This document shows, piece after piece, positions 37,233 through 49,775 of a stretch of DNA of 64,000 bases (position 1 is its first letter; each line of letters begins with the position of its first letter). This stretch comes from Squalus acanthias (Eukaryota). The DNA lies in assembly GCA_030390025.1 (NCBI GenBank), contig CM059432.1, positions 65,536,001 through 65,600,000 on the forward strand, written 5' to 3'. Position numbers and translations under genes: made by a program. The notes below the pieces were generated by a model, which saw only the letters and a list, made by a program, of their open reading frames with translations, was not told the DNA's origin and made no database searches.

Positions 37233-38301
37233 TATGCCTCTATTTATGAAGCTCAGGATCCCGTATGCTTTTTTTAACCACTTTCTCAACCTGCCCTGCC
37301 ACCTTCAAGGATTTGTACACATATACCCCCCCGGTCTCTCTGTTCATGCACCCCCTTTAGGATTGTCTCTCCTCGTTCTTCCTACCAAAATGTATCACTT
37401 CACACTTTTCTGCGTTAAATTTCATCTGCCACATGTCCGCCCATTCCACCAGCTTGTCTATGTCCTCTTGAGGTATATCACGATCATCCTCACTGTTCAC
37501 TATACTTCCAAGTTTTGTGTCATCTGCAAATTTTGCCTTGTACTCCCAAGCCCAAGTCATTAATATATATCAAGAAAAGCTATGGTCCTAGTACCAACCC
37601 CTGGGGAACACCACTGTATACCTTCCTCCAGTCCGAAAAACAACCGTTCACCACTACCCTACGTTTCCTGTCACAATTTCGTATCCATGCTGCCACTGTC
37701 CCTTTTATTCCATGAACTTAAACTTTATTAGTAAGCCTATTATGTGGCACTTTATCAAATGCCTTTTGGAAGTCCATGTACAGCACATCAACCACATTAC
37801 CCTCATCAACTCTCTCTGTTACCTGATCAAAAAACTCAATCAAGTTAGTTAAACACGATTTGCCTTTAACAAATTCGTGTTGGCTTTCCTTAATTAATCC
37901 CCACTTGTCCAAGTGACTGTTAACTTTGTCCCTATTTATCGTTTCCAAAAGCTTCCTCACTACCGAGGTTAAACTGACTGGCCTGTAGTTGCTGGGTTTA
38001 TCCTTGCACCATTTTTTGAACAAGGGTGTAACATTGGTAATTCTCCAGTCCTCTGGCACCACCCCGGTATCTAAGGAGGATTGGAAGATTATGGCGAGTA
38101 CCTCCGCGATTTCCTCCTGAACCTCTCTCAACATCCTAGGATGCATCCCATCCGGTCCTGGTAACTTAGCAACTTTAAGTTCAGACAGCCTTTCTAGTAC
38201 CTCCTCTTTATCAATTTTTATCTCATCCAGTAACTCGACTACCTCCTTTTTCACTATGACTTTGGCAGCATCTTCTTCCTTGGTGAAGACATGCAAAGTA
38301 C

Positions 38302-40962
38302 AAAATTGAAAGGAAGGATATTAGCTCTGATGATGTGGAATCTGTATGGGTTGAACTGAGAAATAACAAGGGGCAGAAAACATTAGTGGGAGTGATATAT
38401 AGACCTCCAAACAGTAATGCGGAGGTTGGGGATGGCATTAAAAGGGAAATTAGAGAAGCATGCAATAAGGGCACAGCAGTCATCATGGGTGACTTTAATC
38501 TACATATAGATTGGGCTAACCAAATTAGTAACAATACTATGGAGGAGGAATTCCTGGAGTGTTTACGGGATGGTTTCCTGAATCAATATGTCGAGGAACC
38601 AACCAGAGATCAGGCCATCTTAGACTGGGTATTATGCAATGAGAAAGGATTAATTAGCAATCTTGTTGTGCGAGGCCCCTTGGGTCGGAGCGATCATAAT
38701 ATGATAGAATTCTTCATTAGGATGGAGAGTGAAGTAGTTGACTCAGAGACTAGGGTCCTGAATTTAAATAAAGGAAACTATGATGGTATGAGGTGCGAGT
38801 TGGGTAGGATTGATTGGGGAATGTCACTCAAAGGGTTGACGATGGATAGGCAATGGCAAATATTCAAAGACCGCATGGATGAACTACAGAATTTGTTCAT
38901 CCCAGTTTGGCATAAGAATAAAACAAAAAGGGTGACTCAACCGTGGCTAACAAGGGAAATTAGGGATAGCATAAGATCCAAGGAGAGGGCATATAAATTG
39001 GCCAGAAAAAGCAGTAACCCTGAGGATTGGGAGCAGTTTAAGATTCAACAAAGGAGGACAAAGGGATTAATTAAGAAGGGGAAAATAGAATACGAGAGGA
39101 AGCTAGTAGGGAACATAAAAACTGACTGGAAAAGCTTTTATAGATATGTGAAAAGAAAAAGATTAGTGAAATCAAGTGTAGGTCCCTTGCAGTCAGAATC
39201 AGGGGAACTTATAATGGGGAACAAAGAAATGTCAGACCAATTAAATACATATTTTGGTTCTGTCTTCACAAAGGAGGACACAAATAACCTCCCAGAGATG
39301 TTGGGGAACATAGGGTCTGATGAAAGGGAGGAACTGAAAGAAATCAGTATTTGTAGGGAAATGGTGTTAGGGAAATTGAAGGGATTGAAGGCCGATAAAT
39401 CCCCAGGGCCTGATAATCTACATCCTAGGTTACTTAAGGAAGTGGCCCTAGAAATAGTAGATGCATTGCTGATCATCTTCCAACATTCGATGGAATCTGG
39501 AACAGTACCCATGGATTGGAGTGTAGCTAATGTTACCCCACTATTCAAAAAGGGTGGTAGAGAGAAAACGGGGAATTACAGACCGGTAAGCCTGACATCG
39601 GTAGTGGGGAAAATGCTAGAGTCCATTATAAAAGATGTAATAGCTGAGCACTTGGAAAACAGTGACAGGATCGGACAAAGTCAACATGGATTTACAAAAG
39701 GTAAATCATGCTTGACTAATCTACTGGAATTTTTTGAGGATGTAACTGGTAAAATAGATAAGGGAGAACCAGTGGATGTGGTGTATTTGGACTTCCAAAA
39801 GGCTTTTGATAAGGTCCCGCATAAGAGATTAGCGTGTAAAGTTAAGGCACATGGGATTGGGGGCAAGGTACTGACTTGGATAGAGAACTGGTTGGCAGAC
39901 AGAAAGCAAAGAGTTGGAATAAATGGGTCTTTTTCCGAGTGGCAGGCAGTGACTAGTGGGGTACCGCAGGGATCGGTCCTTGGACCCCAGCGATTCACAA
40001 TATATATTAATGATCTAGACGAGGGAACTAGATGTAATATCTCCAAGTTTGCAGACAACACAAAACTGGGTGGGCGTATGTGCTGCGAGGAGGATGCCGA
40101 GAAACTCCAGGATGATTTGGACAGGTTGGGTGATTGGGCAGAAGCGTGGCAGATGCAATATAACGTGGATAAATGTGAGGTTATCCACTTTGGTGTCAAA
40201 AACAGAAAAGCAGATTATTATCTGAATGGCAATAGATTGGGAGAAGGGGAAGTGCAACGAGACCTGGGTGTCCTTGTGCACCAGTCGCTGAAGGTAAGCA
40301 TGCAGGTGCAGCAGGCGGTTAAGGCGGCAAATGATATGTTGGCCTTCATAGCGAGAGGGTTTGAGTACAGGAACAAGGATGTCTTGCTACAGTTGTACAG
40401 GGCCTTGGTGAGACCACACCTTGAGTACTGTGTGCAGTTTTGGTCACCTTATCTGAGGAAGGATGTTCTTGCCATGGAAGGAGTTCAGCGAAGATTCACA
40501 AGGCTGATACCTGGGATGGCAGGAATGGCGTATGAAGAGAGATTGGGTCGATTGGGCTTATACTCGCTGGAGTTTAGAAGAATGAGAGAGGATCTCATTG
40601 AAACTTATAAAATTCTAACAGGACTAGACAGACTAGATGCAGGAAGGATGTTCCCGATGGCGGGGGAGTCCAGAACCAGGGGTCACAATCTAAGGATAAG
40701 GGGTAAGCCATATAGGACAGAAATTAGGAGGAATTTCTTCACCCAGAGAGTGGTGAACCTGTGGAATTCTCTGCCACAGAAGGCAGTCGAGGCCAATTCA
40801 TTAAATAGATTCAAGGAGGAGTTGGATATATTTCTTAAGGCTAAAGGGATCAAGGGATATGGGGAGAAAGCAGGGACAGGGTACTGAATTTGGATGATCA
40901 GCCATGATCGCATTGAATGGCGGAGCAGGCTAGAGGGGCCTGCTAAGGTTTTATGTTTCTAT
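38302..40962 (+). mobile_element. Young 5'-truncated CR1 LINE nested in the opposite-strand CR1
   Basis: TSD AAGTAC at 38296-38301 and 40963-40968; CR1 tail present. Confidence 0.93.
38335..40887 (+). CDS. CR1 ORF2 (partial APE endonuclease plus reverse transcriptase), 850 aa uninterrupted; catalytic FADD changed to FADN
   Basis: GVIYRPP, MGDFN and SDH (APE); KSPGPD, NYRPVSLT, YLDFQKAFDKV, GVPQGSVLGP and FADN (RT). Confidence 0.9.
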   Translation: MESVWVELRNNKGQKTLVGVIYRPPNSNAEVGDGIKREIREACNKGTAVIMGDFNLHIDWANQISNNTMEEEFLECLRDGFLNQYVEEPTRDQAILDWVLCNEKGLISNLVVRGPLGRSDHNMIEFFIRMESEVVDSETRVLNLNKGNYDGMRCELGRIDWGMSLKGLTMDRQWQIFKDRMDELQNLFIPVWHKNKTKRVTQPWLTREIRDSIRSKERAYKLARKSSNPEDWEQFKIQQRRTKGLIKKGKIEYERKLVGNIKTDWKSFYRYVKRKRLVKSSVGPLQSESGELIMGNKEMSDQLNTYFGSVFTKEDTNNLPEMLGNIGSDEREELKEISICREMVLGKLKGLKADKSPGPDNLHPRLLKEVALEIVDALLIIFQHSMESGTVPMDWSVANVTPLFKKGGREKTGNYRPVSLTSVVGKMLESIIKDVIAEHLENSDRIGQSQHGFTKGKSCLTNLLEFFEDVTGKIDKGEPVDVVYLDFQKAFDKVPHKRLACKVKAHGIGGKVLTWIENWLADRKQRVGINGSFSEWQAVTSGVPQGSVLGPQRFTIYINDLDEGTRCNISKFADNTKLGGRMCCEEDAEKLQDDLDRLGDWAEAWQMQYNVDKCEVIHFGVKNRKADYYLNGNRLGEGEVQRDLGVLVHQSLKVSMQVQQAVKAANDMLAFIARGFEYRNKDVLLQLYRALVRPHLEYCVQFWSPYLRKDVLAMEGVQRRFTRLIPGMAGMAYEERLGRLGLYSLEFRRMREDLIETYKILTGLDRLDAGRMFPMAGESRTRGHNLRIRGKPYRTEIRRNFFTQRVVNLWNSLPQKAVEANSLNRFKEELDIFLKAKGIKGYGEKAGTGY

Positions 40963-41239
40963 AAGTACTCATTTAGCCCCTCTGCCTCCATGCGTAGGTC
41001 TCCTTTTTGGTCCCTAATTGGTCCCACCCCTTCTCTTACTACCTGATTATTATTTATATGCCTATAGAAGACTTTTGAATTCCCTTTTATGTTAGCTGCC
41101 AATCTATTCTCATTTTGCCCCTCTTATTTTCTTTTTCACTTCCCCTCTGAACTTTCTATATTCAGTCTGATTCGCACTTGTATTCCCAACCTGCCATCAG
41201 CCCTTTTTCTGCTTCAAGAACTAGATATTAGGAAGGGTA

Positions 41240-41545
41240 ACCTAAGCTTGCTCAAAAAGCTGGGTGTTAAGGAGGGTTTCAAAGGAGGAGAGGGAGATGA
41301 AGAGGTGGAAGGTTCTAGGGAGGGAATTCCAGAGTACTGGGTCTAAGTAGCTGATGGTACGGCTGCTAATGGTGGGTTGAAGGGAGGGAGGGATGTATAA
41401 GAAGCCAGAGTTGGAAGAATGGATGGGTGGAGGGTTATATGGCTAAAAGAGGTTACAGAGATGGGGAGGAGTGAGGCCATGAAAAGATTTAAACACGAAT
41501 GTGAGAATTTTAAATTGGAGATGTTGGAGGATTTGAGGCCAATGT
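41240..41545 (-). mobile_element. Old L2 LINE 3' fragment
   Basis: The minus strand encodes a degenerate IQFKILTFVFKSFHGLTPPHL-type C-terminal L2 RT motif, followed by a WNSLP-like segment. Confidence 0.65.
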
Positions 41546-41934
41546 AATACAGCACCAACTCAATGAGAAACATTGTGTGATATTTTAGGACAATTATAGC
41601 TTATTTAAGATGATGTTACGTTGTTTGACTTCATTAGTTTATATATATCCTAATAAAGCCTGTTGCTTGGGAGAACCAAACAGAAAGGGGCCAACTCCTT
41701 TTAATATGCAACAGATGACATAATGCTTGGTTCTAAAGTGCGTGCACTCAGCCATGCCTAAGTAGTTATAGTAAGTGTATGCAATTGAATGTACTAAGAA
41801 CATGCATTAGTTTTACTTCCAAAGTCAATATCGCATGTACATAAACAGAATGGATGAGCTAATCATAGTCACGTTGAGAACTTGGAGTCAAAAAGCCTCA
41901 GTTGTTTCATTAGTTTTCACATATATTAAGATAT

Positions 41935-42827
41935 GGGGGAAAAATTTGGTTGCTTTGCGCCTCCCATTAGCGCCCTAACAGGGTGCTAACGGGGCGCAAA
42001 GCAACTCGCACCCAGGCGTGGCGATGTTTGCACCGCTTGCAAAATTGACCAGACATTTTGCGGTGGCGCTAAACACTACCGCCACAATCTCCTGCGCCCG
42101 CAGATCGTGACGTCAGTCAAGCGTGCAACGCCCCGGTAGTGCCCCAGACCGGATATTGAGTGGCGCCCCCTGCCTTTCTGCCTACTGCTAGCAACGACAG
42201 GTAGAGAGGAACGTTTTGCAGTCAGGAAGGGACTGGGGGAGCGCTATTTAAAGGCTGCTGCTTCCTGCCTTTTTTTGTCAGCGACATTTTTGCACCACGC
42301 ATTCTGAGAGAGAGAGAGAGAGACTTCTGGAGAGATTCAATGCTGTGTGAGGAGTTTTGGGTACTGAGCAGTACTTTGCAGGTTCATTTTGATTTGACCT
42401 TCCTTGCATCGATTTAGAAGAGGCTATGGGGGCTGCACTCTGAGCTCTTTCCCTTGCCCTCTCCATTGTTCTTTCCAGCAGAATTGATGTACAGGTCTCT
42501 CCAGGCCGAGATTCAAGGCTGCAATGAGCAGGGTGTGGATGGAGAGCAAGATCGACTCTTCCCTTTAAGAACTGTCCGGCGCCAGTGTGTCTGTGTTCCA
42601 CTGCTAACTGACATCACATGAGCTTCGCCAGCGCTCTGAGGTAGCGCCTCACTCCTCGGCGTTAGCGCCTTAAGAGAGGTGTGTAGCGCCTGATTTAGTG
42701 CTCCAATCATCTCCAGGGGCGATAGAAGACAAGTTTGGAGTCGGAGGCGATAATTAGCACCAGGCGCTAAACTTTGCGCCCGGCCGATAATTGCGCCCCG
42801 AACGGGGCGATACCGAATTTCTCCCCC
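41935..42827 (+). mobile_element. MITE family B, copy 2
   Basis: Collinear with 14225-15111; TIR GGGGGAAAAATTTGG / CCGAATTTCTCCCCC. Confidence 0.9.
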
Positions 42828-43660
42828 ATTGGGTTGAACTTGGACTTCGCCAGTAGCGTAAACCACGCTCCTAATGGTTCGGCAGCCCGTTTTATACAAC
42901 ATTCGATTAGTATCAGTTTGTGTACATTTCCATCATATCAAATGTCACATATCCATACTAGGGCAGAGGTTTAGGTGCGGTAGCAAGAGAGCCCTTATAC
43001 CCTCAACAGGATAGGCACTTTAGATGAAGGTACTAACCAAGAATTTTAAATAGTTTTTAACTTTGTGATTGACTGTAGAAAATTAAAATCAAATAATAAC
43101 ACAGTGGACTGAAGCTATTCATGCATGTTCTTTAGTATTCATGCTGCTGATAATGAAATATTAATGCAAAGATAAATTAAACTCTTGTCTAGTTGAAATA
43201 GTTACTAAAACCTAAAATCACACTTTCCTTTCACTAGTCCTCCTCCTTAGTATATTATTTGAAGTAATTGCCATTCAGTCTACAAATGTTAGAGATAACC
43301 TGTAACATGGACTTTTACTCAAGTTGTCTTTTTTTGGTGGGATGAGAAGAATCCAGGGGCCCACACTTCTGCCTGTTACCAACTGACTTCTGTTGAAAAA
43401 GAGCATGTATGGACTTCAAGTGAGGACAGGATTAGCGAGGATGTCTCCTACGGTTCAACAGACTGCTGACACTCCAGTCCAATAGCCAATTTTCCTCCTG
43501 GCACCTACATTTCCATAACTACAGCATGGTGAGACTTCCACCTACCCCATGCCTGGACCCCTATCCTGAGCTTAGAGTAATCGGAATAGGTTGGGCAAGC
43601 TCCTGGCAGGATTCTCACCTGCCTCAGGGAAGGAGGGAAATTACTGCTGCAGGCCTTGGG

Positions 43661-44960
43661 AGTCAGCAGCAGTGTAGTACAGCCAGTCACACTCCGCAGC
43701 AGTGTAGTACGGCCAGTCACACTCCGCAGCAGTGTAGTACGGCTAGTCACACTCCGCAGCAGTGTAGTACGGCCAGTCACACTCCGCAGCAGTGTAGTAC
43801 GGCCAGTCACACTCCGCAGCAGTGTAGTACGGCCAGTCACACTCCGCAGCAGTGTAGTACGGCCAGTCACACTCCGCAGCAGTGTAGTACGGCCAGTCAC
43901 ACTCCGCAGCAGTGTAGTACGGCCAGTCACACTCCGCAGCAGTGTAGTACGGCCAGTCACACTCCGCAGCAGTGTAGTACGGCCAGTCACACTCCGCAGC
44001 AGTGTAGTACGGCCAGTCACATTCCGCAGCAGTGTAGTACGGCCAGTCACACTCCGCAGCAGTGTAGTACGGCCAGTCACACTCCGCAGCAGTGTAGTAC
44101 GGCCAGTCACACTCCGCAGCAGTGTAGTACGGCCAGTCACACTCCGCAGCAGTGTAGTACGGCCAGTCACACTCCGCAGCAGTGTAGTACGGCCAGTCAC
44201 ACTCCGCAGCAGTGTAGTACGGCCAGTCACACTCCGCAGCAGTGTAGTACGGCCAGTCACACTCCGCAGCAGTGTAGTACGGCCAGTCACACTCCGCAGC
44301 AGTGTAGTACGGCCAGTCACACTCCGCAGTAGTGTAGTACGGCCAGTCACACTCCGCAGCAGTGTAGTACGGCCAGTCACACTCCGCAGCAGTGTAGTAC
44401 GGCCAGTCACACTCCGCAGCAGTGTAGTACGGCCAGTCACACTCCGCAGTAGTGTAGTACGGCCAGTCACATTCCGCAGCAGTGTAGTACGGCCAGTCAC
44501 ACTCCGCAGCAGTGTAGTACGGCCAGTCACACTCCGCAGCAGTGTAGTACGGCCAGTCACACTCCGCAGCAGTGTAGTACGGCCAGTCACACTCCGCAGC
44601 AGTGTAGTACGGCCAGTCACACTCCGCAGCAGTGTAGTACAGTCACACTCCGCAGCAGTGTAGTATGGCCAGTTACACTCCGCAGCAGTGTAGCATGGCC
44701 AGTCACACTCCGCAGCAGTGTAGCATGGCCAGTCACACTCCGCAGCAGTGTAGTATGGCCAGTCACACTCCGCAGCAGTGTAGCAGGGCCTGTGGCACCC
44801 CACAGCACTGTAGCACAGCCAGTGGCACCCCACAGCACTGTAGCACAGCCAGTGGCACCCCACAGCACTGTAGCACAGCCAGTGGCACCCCACAGCACTG
44901 TAGCACAGCCAGTGCCACCCCACAGCACTGTAGCACGAACAGTGGCACTCCACAGCAGCT
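43661..44960. repeat. 30-bp minisatellite (~43 units), consensus GGCCAGTCACACTCCGCAGCAGTGTAGTAC
   Basis: Near-perfect tandem units over 43681-44640, a 4-bp deletion at 44641, then grading into the variant AGTGGCACCCCACAGCACTGTAGCACAGCC. Confidence 0.98.
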
Positions 44961-45336
44961 GACATTTTTTTTAAAATTTCAAACAAATAGGTGTGTTAGG
45001 ATTGTAATCAATTGAGTACATCCCCTTGGGGCTTTTTAAAATTGAAATTATCCATCCCATAATAACAGTGTTCACTAGGAACACAAGGGCTAGAAATTTG
45101 TTATAGCCAAGAAATGGGCAGTGTTTAGACTAAATAAGGTTAAACTGCACCATTTGAAGATGGTCTAGGTAGCACGCAGAATTCATGCTCACTCCTCATT
45201 AACATGATTGTAGTCATGATTTTAGTCTTAAAACTCAAGCTCATTGGCGTCACACTGAACAACTGGACCAATATCGGGGGCAGTCTAAATGCAACTCATG
45301 ATTGCCACAGGCTTTTTCCACTACTGAAAGGGGAGG

Positions 45337-47895
45337 TACTCAAATCCTCTTATAATGAAGGCCAGTATACCATTTGCCTTCCTAATGGCTTGCTGCACCT
45401 ACACATTCACTTTCAGTGACTCATGTACAAGGACTCCCAGGTCCCTTTGAGCATCTGCATTCCCCAATCTTTCACCATTTAGGAAATACTCTGCCTTTCT
45501 GTTTGTTCTACCAAAGTAGATATCTTCACATTTATCCACATTATATTCCATCTGCCATGTTCTCGCCCACTCACTGAGCCTGTCGAGATCCCCTTGAAGC
45601 CTCTTCACATCCTCTTCACAACTGACACTGCCACCAAGCTTTTTGTCCTCAGCAAATTTGGAAATGTTACATTTAGTCCCCTCATCCAAATCATTGATAT
45701 AGATTGTGAATAGCTGGGGCCCAAGCACTGATCCTTGTGGTACCCCACTAGTCACAGCCTGCCATCCTGAAAAAGACCCGTTTATCCCTACTCTTTGTTT
45801 TCTGTCTGTTAACCAATTCTCAATCCATGCTAGTATATTACCCCCAATTCCATGTGCCCTAATTTTGTTCACCAACCTCTTGTGTGGGACCTTATCGAAG
45901 GCCTTCTGAAAATCCAAATACACCACATCTACCAGTTTCTCTTTGTCTACTCCACTAGTTACACCCTCAAAGAACTCCAATAGATTTGTCAAACAGGATT
46001 TCCCTTTCATAAATCCATGTTGACTCTGCCCAATCTTACTATTAGTTTCTAAGTGCCCAGTTATTGCATCCTTTATAATAGATTCCAGCATTTTCCCAAC
46101 TACTGATGTGAGACTAACAGGTCTGTAGTTCCCCGTTTTCTCTCTCCCTCCTTTCTTAAATAGCGGGGTTACATTTGCTATCCTCCAATCTGCAGGAACC
46201 ATTCCAGAATCTATAGAATTTTGGAAGATGACAACCAATGTGTCCACTAAACCAATGGCCACCTCTTTCAAAACCCTAGGATGTAGGTCATCCGGTCCTT
46301 GGGATTTATCGACTTTTAGTCCCATTAATTTTGCTAGTACTGTTTTTTTACTAATAATTTCTTTAAGTTCCTCATTCTCGCCACACCCTTAGTTTTCTCG
46401 TATTTCTGTGAGGTTTTTTGTGTCTTCCTCCGTGAAGACAGAAACAAAGTATTTATTTAATTTCATGCCATTTCCTCATTCCCCATTATAAATTCTCCCG
46501 TCTCTGACTGTAAAGGACCTACATTTACCTTCACCAGTCTTTTCCTTTTCACATACCTATAGAAGTTTTTACAATCGTTTTTTATATTTTTCGCTAGTTT
46601 GTGCTCATATTCCATTTTCCCTTTCTTTATCAATTTCTTGGTCCCCCTTTGCTGATTTCTAAAAAGATCCCAATCCTCAGGCTGACCGCTTTTTCTGGCA
46701 ACTTTATAAGCTTCCTCCTTTGACTTAATACTAGCTTTAATTTCTTTTGTTAGCCACAGTTGGATCACTTTTCCTTTGGGTTTTTATGCCCTAGAGGAAT
46801 ATATGTTTGTTGCAAATTATGCATTATTTCCTTGAATGTTAGCCATTGTATGTCCACCTTCATACCTTTTAGTGTAGTCTCCCAATCTACCATGGCCAAC
46901 TTGTCCCTCATACCCTTGTAGTTTCCTCTGTTTAGATTGAAGACCTTAGTTTCAGATTGGACTACATCACTCTCAAACTTAATATAAAATTCAATCATAT
47001 TATGGTCACTTGTCCCTAAAGGCCCCTTTACCACAAGATTATTGATTAGCCCTTTCTCATTACACAGTACCAGATCCAGAATAGCTTGTTCCCTGGTTGG
47101 TTCCTCCAGATACTGATCCAGGAAACCATCTCGCATGCATTCCAAGAATTTGTCCTCCACACCATTAGTGGTAATTTAATTTGCCCAGTCAATATGTAGA
47201 TTAAAGTCCCCCATGATTACCGTATTGCCCTTGTTACATGCACTTCTAATCTCTTGATTGATACAGTGCCCTACATTACCACTACTGTTTGGTGGCCTAT
47301 GCACAACTCCCACCAATGTTTTCCGCCCTTTGCTGTTTCTTAGCTCCACCCAAACTGATTCCAGTTCTGCATCACGATCTGCCAAGCCAAGATCTTTTAT
47401 CTCTACCGTACCGATCTCATCCCTTATTAACAGTGCTACGCCACCTCCTTTTTCTTTTTGTCTGTCCTTCCTAAATGTTGAGTACCCTGGAACATTCAGT
47501 TCCCAGCTTTGGTTACCCTGCAACCATGTCTCTGTAATGGCAATTATATCATACCCATTTACTTCTATTAGTGCCATTAATTCATTCACCTTGTTGTGAA
47601 TGCTACGTGCATTTAGATAAAGTGCCTTCAACTTTGCCTGTTTAATATTTTTCTGCACTTTGACCCCCTTTACTGTTGGCCTTTTTTTCTGCTTCCTACT
47701 AGTTTTGCTGACTACTTTTCTAACTTGCACTTCCAGCTTTGTTTCTCTCTGTTCTGGGCCCAGACTTAGGTTCCCAGCCCCCTGAAAAACTAGTTTAAAT
47801 CCTTCCCAACAGCACTAGTAAACCCCCCTGCGAGGATATTGGTCCCGGTTCTGCCGAGGTGTAACCCGTCCAGCTTGTACAGGTCCCACCTTCCC
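45337..47895 (-). mobile_element. CR1 fragment (ORF1 end, APE, most of RT) lacking the 3' end
   Basis: LYLNARSI..K, IAITETW, GGGVALLI, GDFN, SDH, YLDFQKAFDKV and FAED; stops at GILAFIIRGFEY with no tail. Confidence 0.92.
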
Positions 47896-47960
47896 CTTGC
47901 TGAGTCTGTAGCTGCCCCAACAGCAAAACAACCAACATTAAGAAGAGATCAATTGCAGCC

Positions 47961-49770
47961 ATGGCAGACCGGAGATGGAGGGAGAGAGCCTATAGGTTCT
48001 CAGATGAAGCTCTTGAGGCATTGTTGTTCGCGGTGGAAGCGGGCGTTCCTATACCCACAAACTGGAAGGAGGCCCTCGCCACAAATATCCCAGACTATGT
48101 GGAGGGAGATTTCAGAGCACGTCACGGGCAGCACTGTGGTCTCCTAGACCCATAATCAGTGCATTATGAAGTTTAACAACCTCACAAGAATGGTCAGGGT
48201 GAGTGAAGGCTTCAGCAAATGCCACATACCAAAATCTGTACCACAAGCTTCACACACTGCTCAATGCACCACACGCCCACCACTCACCTACCAGCAATCT
48301 CTACCTAGCAACACTCACACCCACAGCTCACACCTTGTACACAATGATAGCTATTCAACTATGGTAGTCACATCACCCAAACACATTCTGCTAAACACAC
48401 TCAACACTCCTCTTTCTCTTGCAGGCCAAACTGGCACAGAATCTCTGGGAGCAGGAGCGGACAGGCGGACATTGAAGAGCTGAGCCAGCTGGAGAATCAA
48501 GTGCTGGATATAATTGGGCGCCATCTCGTCGATGCCGTAACCACCGGTGACGTTGACCCCCTTGGGGACAACAACGGTATGTTCATTCCTAATCCTTCTT
48601 CTCACAGCCTACTTCCCCCTCAGCCCACAATTTGTTCTCACTTTCAAGCTACTCAGGCTATATGCATGCATTTCTCTCTTCCTGTGCAACCGCCCCACCC
48701 CGGTCCTCCCAGTCCCTCACCATATCCCGACTCTTGTGCCTTTCTGCTTTCAGATAATCAGCAAGCACCCGGGCAGCCTTCCCCCGAGGGCACCGCACAG
48801 AGCGAGGGGGGAGAAGAGGAAGAGGAAGAAGACACCGCGTCACTGCATCTCTCACTCGCTGACACCAGCTCAGATACTGGCAGTACACATACTTTAGAGG
48901 CTAGTGTAGTAGCGGGATCTGCACAGGGTGAGGCACCGGGCTCGAGTGGGTGGCAGCAAGGCCAAGGGGAAAGGGTAGCTTGGGGGCCAGCTCCCCTGAG
49001 GGCAAGTTCGCGTGCGAGTTCTGCTGCACAGGACTCAGATGAGGACCTTGATGGGGAGGCCTTCAGAAAAAGGGTGATGGGCATGCACACGGAGATGATA
49101 GGTGCAATGGCAAGCCTGCCAGAGAGCCTCTCGGCAATGGTAAGGAGCGTGGAGGAGTCCGCCTCCAACATTGCACAAGGCTCTGTGCAGAGCATGGGGC
49201 CAGGGTTTCCAGTCTGGAAATGACGGTACACTCCCAGAGAGACCATGGCGACCCAGACATGATGGCGTGCATGATGGGTGATGTCGCAGCTTCCATTGCA
49301 GCACAGGCGGAAGCGACACAACATCTTAGTGCTGTAGCGGAAGCTCTGGCTGCTCTCACGCAGTCTCTGCTTGAAGCCACCCAAGCTCAGACTGTTACCA
49401 TCGTGGCCAGGTTTACCACTGTCGACCGGGGCTTTCAGGGTGTCGCAGCAGGCCAGCAATCTGTGCTCCAACAGATTGCTAGAAATGCTGAGGCGCCGCC
49501 CCGGGGGAGTGGCAGTGGGTCAGTGGAGCAGGACCCTGCTGTCCTCTCTCAGGATGACAGCATTCCTGCTCCCACCACTGCCACTCCGGCAGTGCCCTTA
49601 TCGCTACCTGTCAGCCAGCCAGCCCACTGCCGCTCATGCCAAGGTGGTGCAGTCTACAGCCGGGCCTTCTAGGTCCAGAGCTGGACGAGGTCGTCCTGCA
49701 AGGCCATCTGAAGGATATCGCACGGAAACTCAGCAGCCTTCCCCCAGCCATGCTGATGTTTGGAGCTCTG
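47961..49770 (+). pseudogene. Harbinger Myb/SANT gene, three exons, decayed
   Basis: MADRRWRERAYRFSDEALEALL...KFNNLTRMVR|GTGAGT; exon 2 after TTGCAG at 48424; exon 3 after TTTCAG at 48753; ends ...RAGRGRPAR. Confidence 0.85.
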
Positions 49771-49775
49771 CATAG

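Larger units (their letters stand above)
33025..41215 (-). mobile_element. CR1 LINE in three pieces (33025-33643, 37233-38301, 40963-~41215), hosting two nested insertions
   Basis: ORFs 33167-33619, 37357-37560 (KFADDTKLG) and 37718-38296 are consecutive CR1 ORF2 parts; the tail has a tandem repeat (GAATCATA on the + strand) at ~33030. Confidence 0.9.

Noticed and set aside
39138..40199. Antisense ORFs within CR1 and Harbinger elements (e.g. 136 aa and 172 aa here; 207 aa at 30132; 237 aa at 48758)
   Set aside because: These are shadow frames of TE coding sequence with no independent motifs.
43661..44960. CRISPR array
   Set aside because: The units are head-to-tail with no unique spacers, there are no cas genes, and the context is eukaryotic.
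43505..44986. 493-aa, 335-aa and 268-aa repeat-protein ORFs
   Set aside because: They arise automatically from a 30-bp unit lacking stops in several frames; no splice or domain support.
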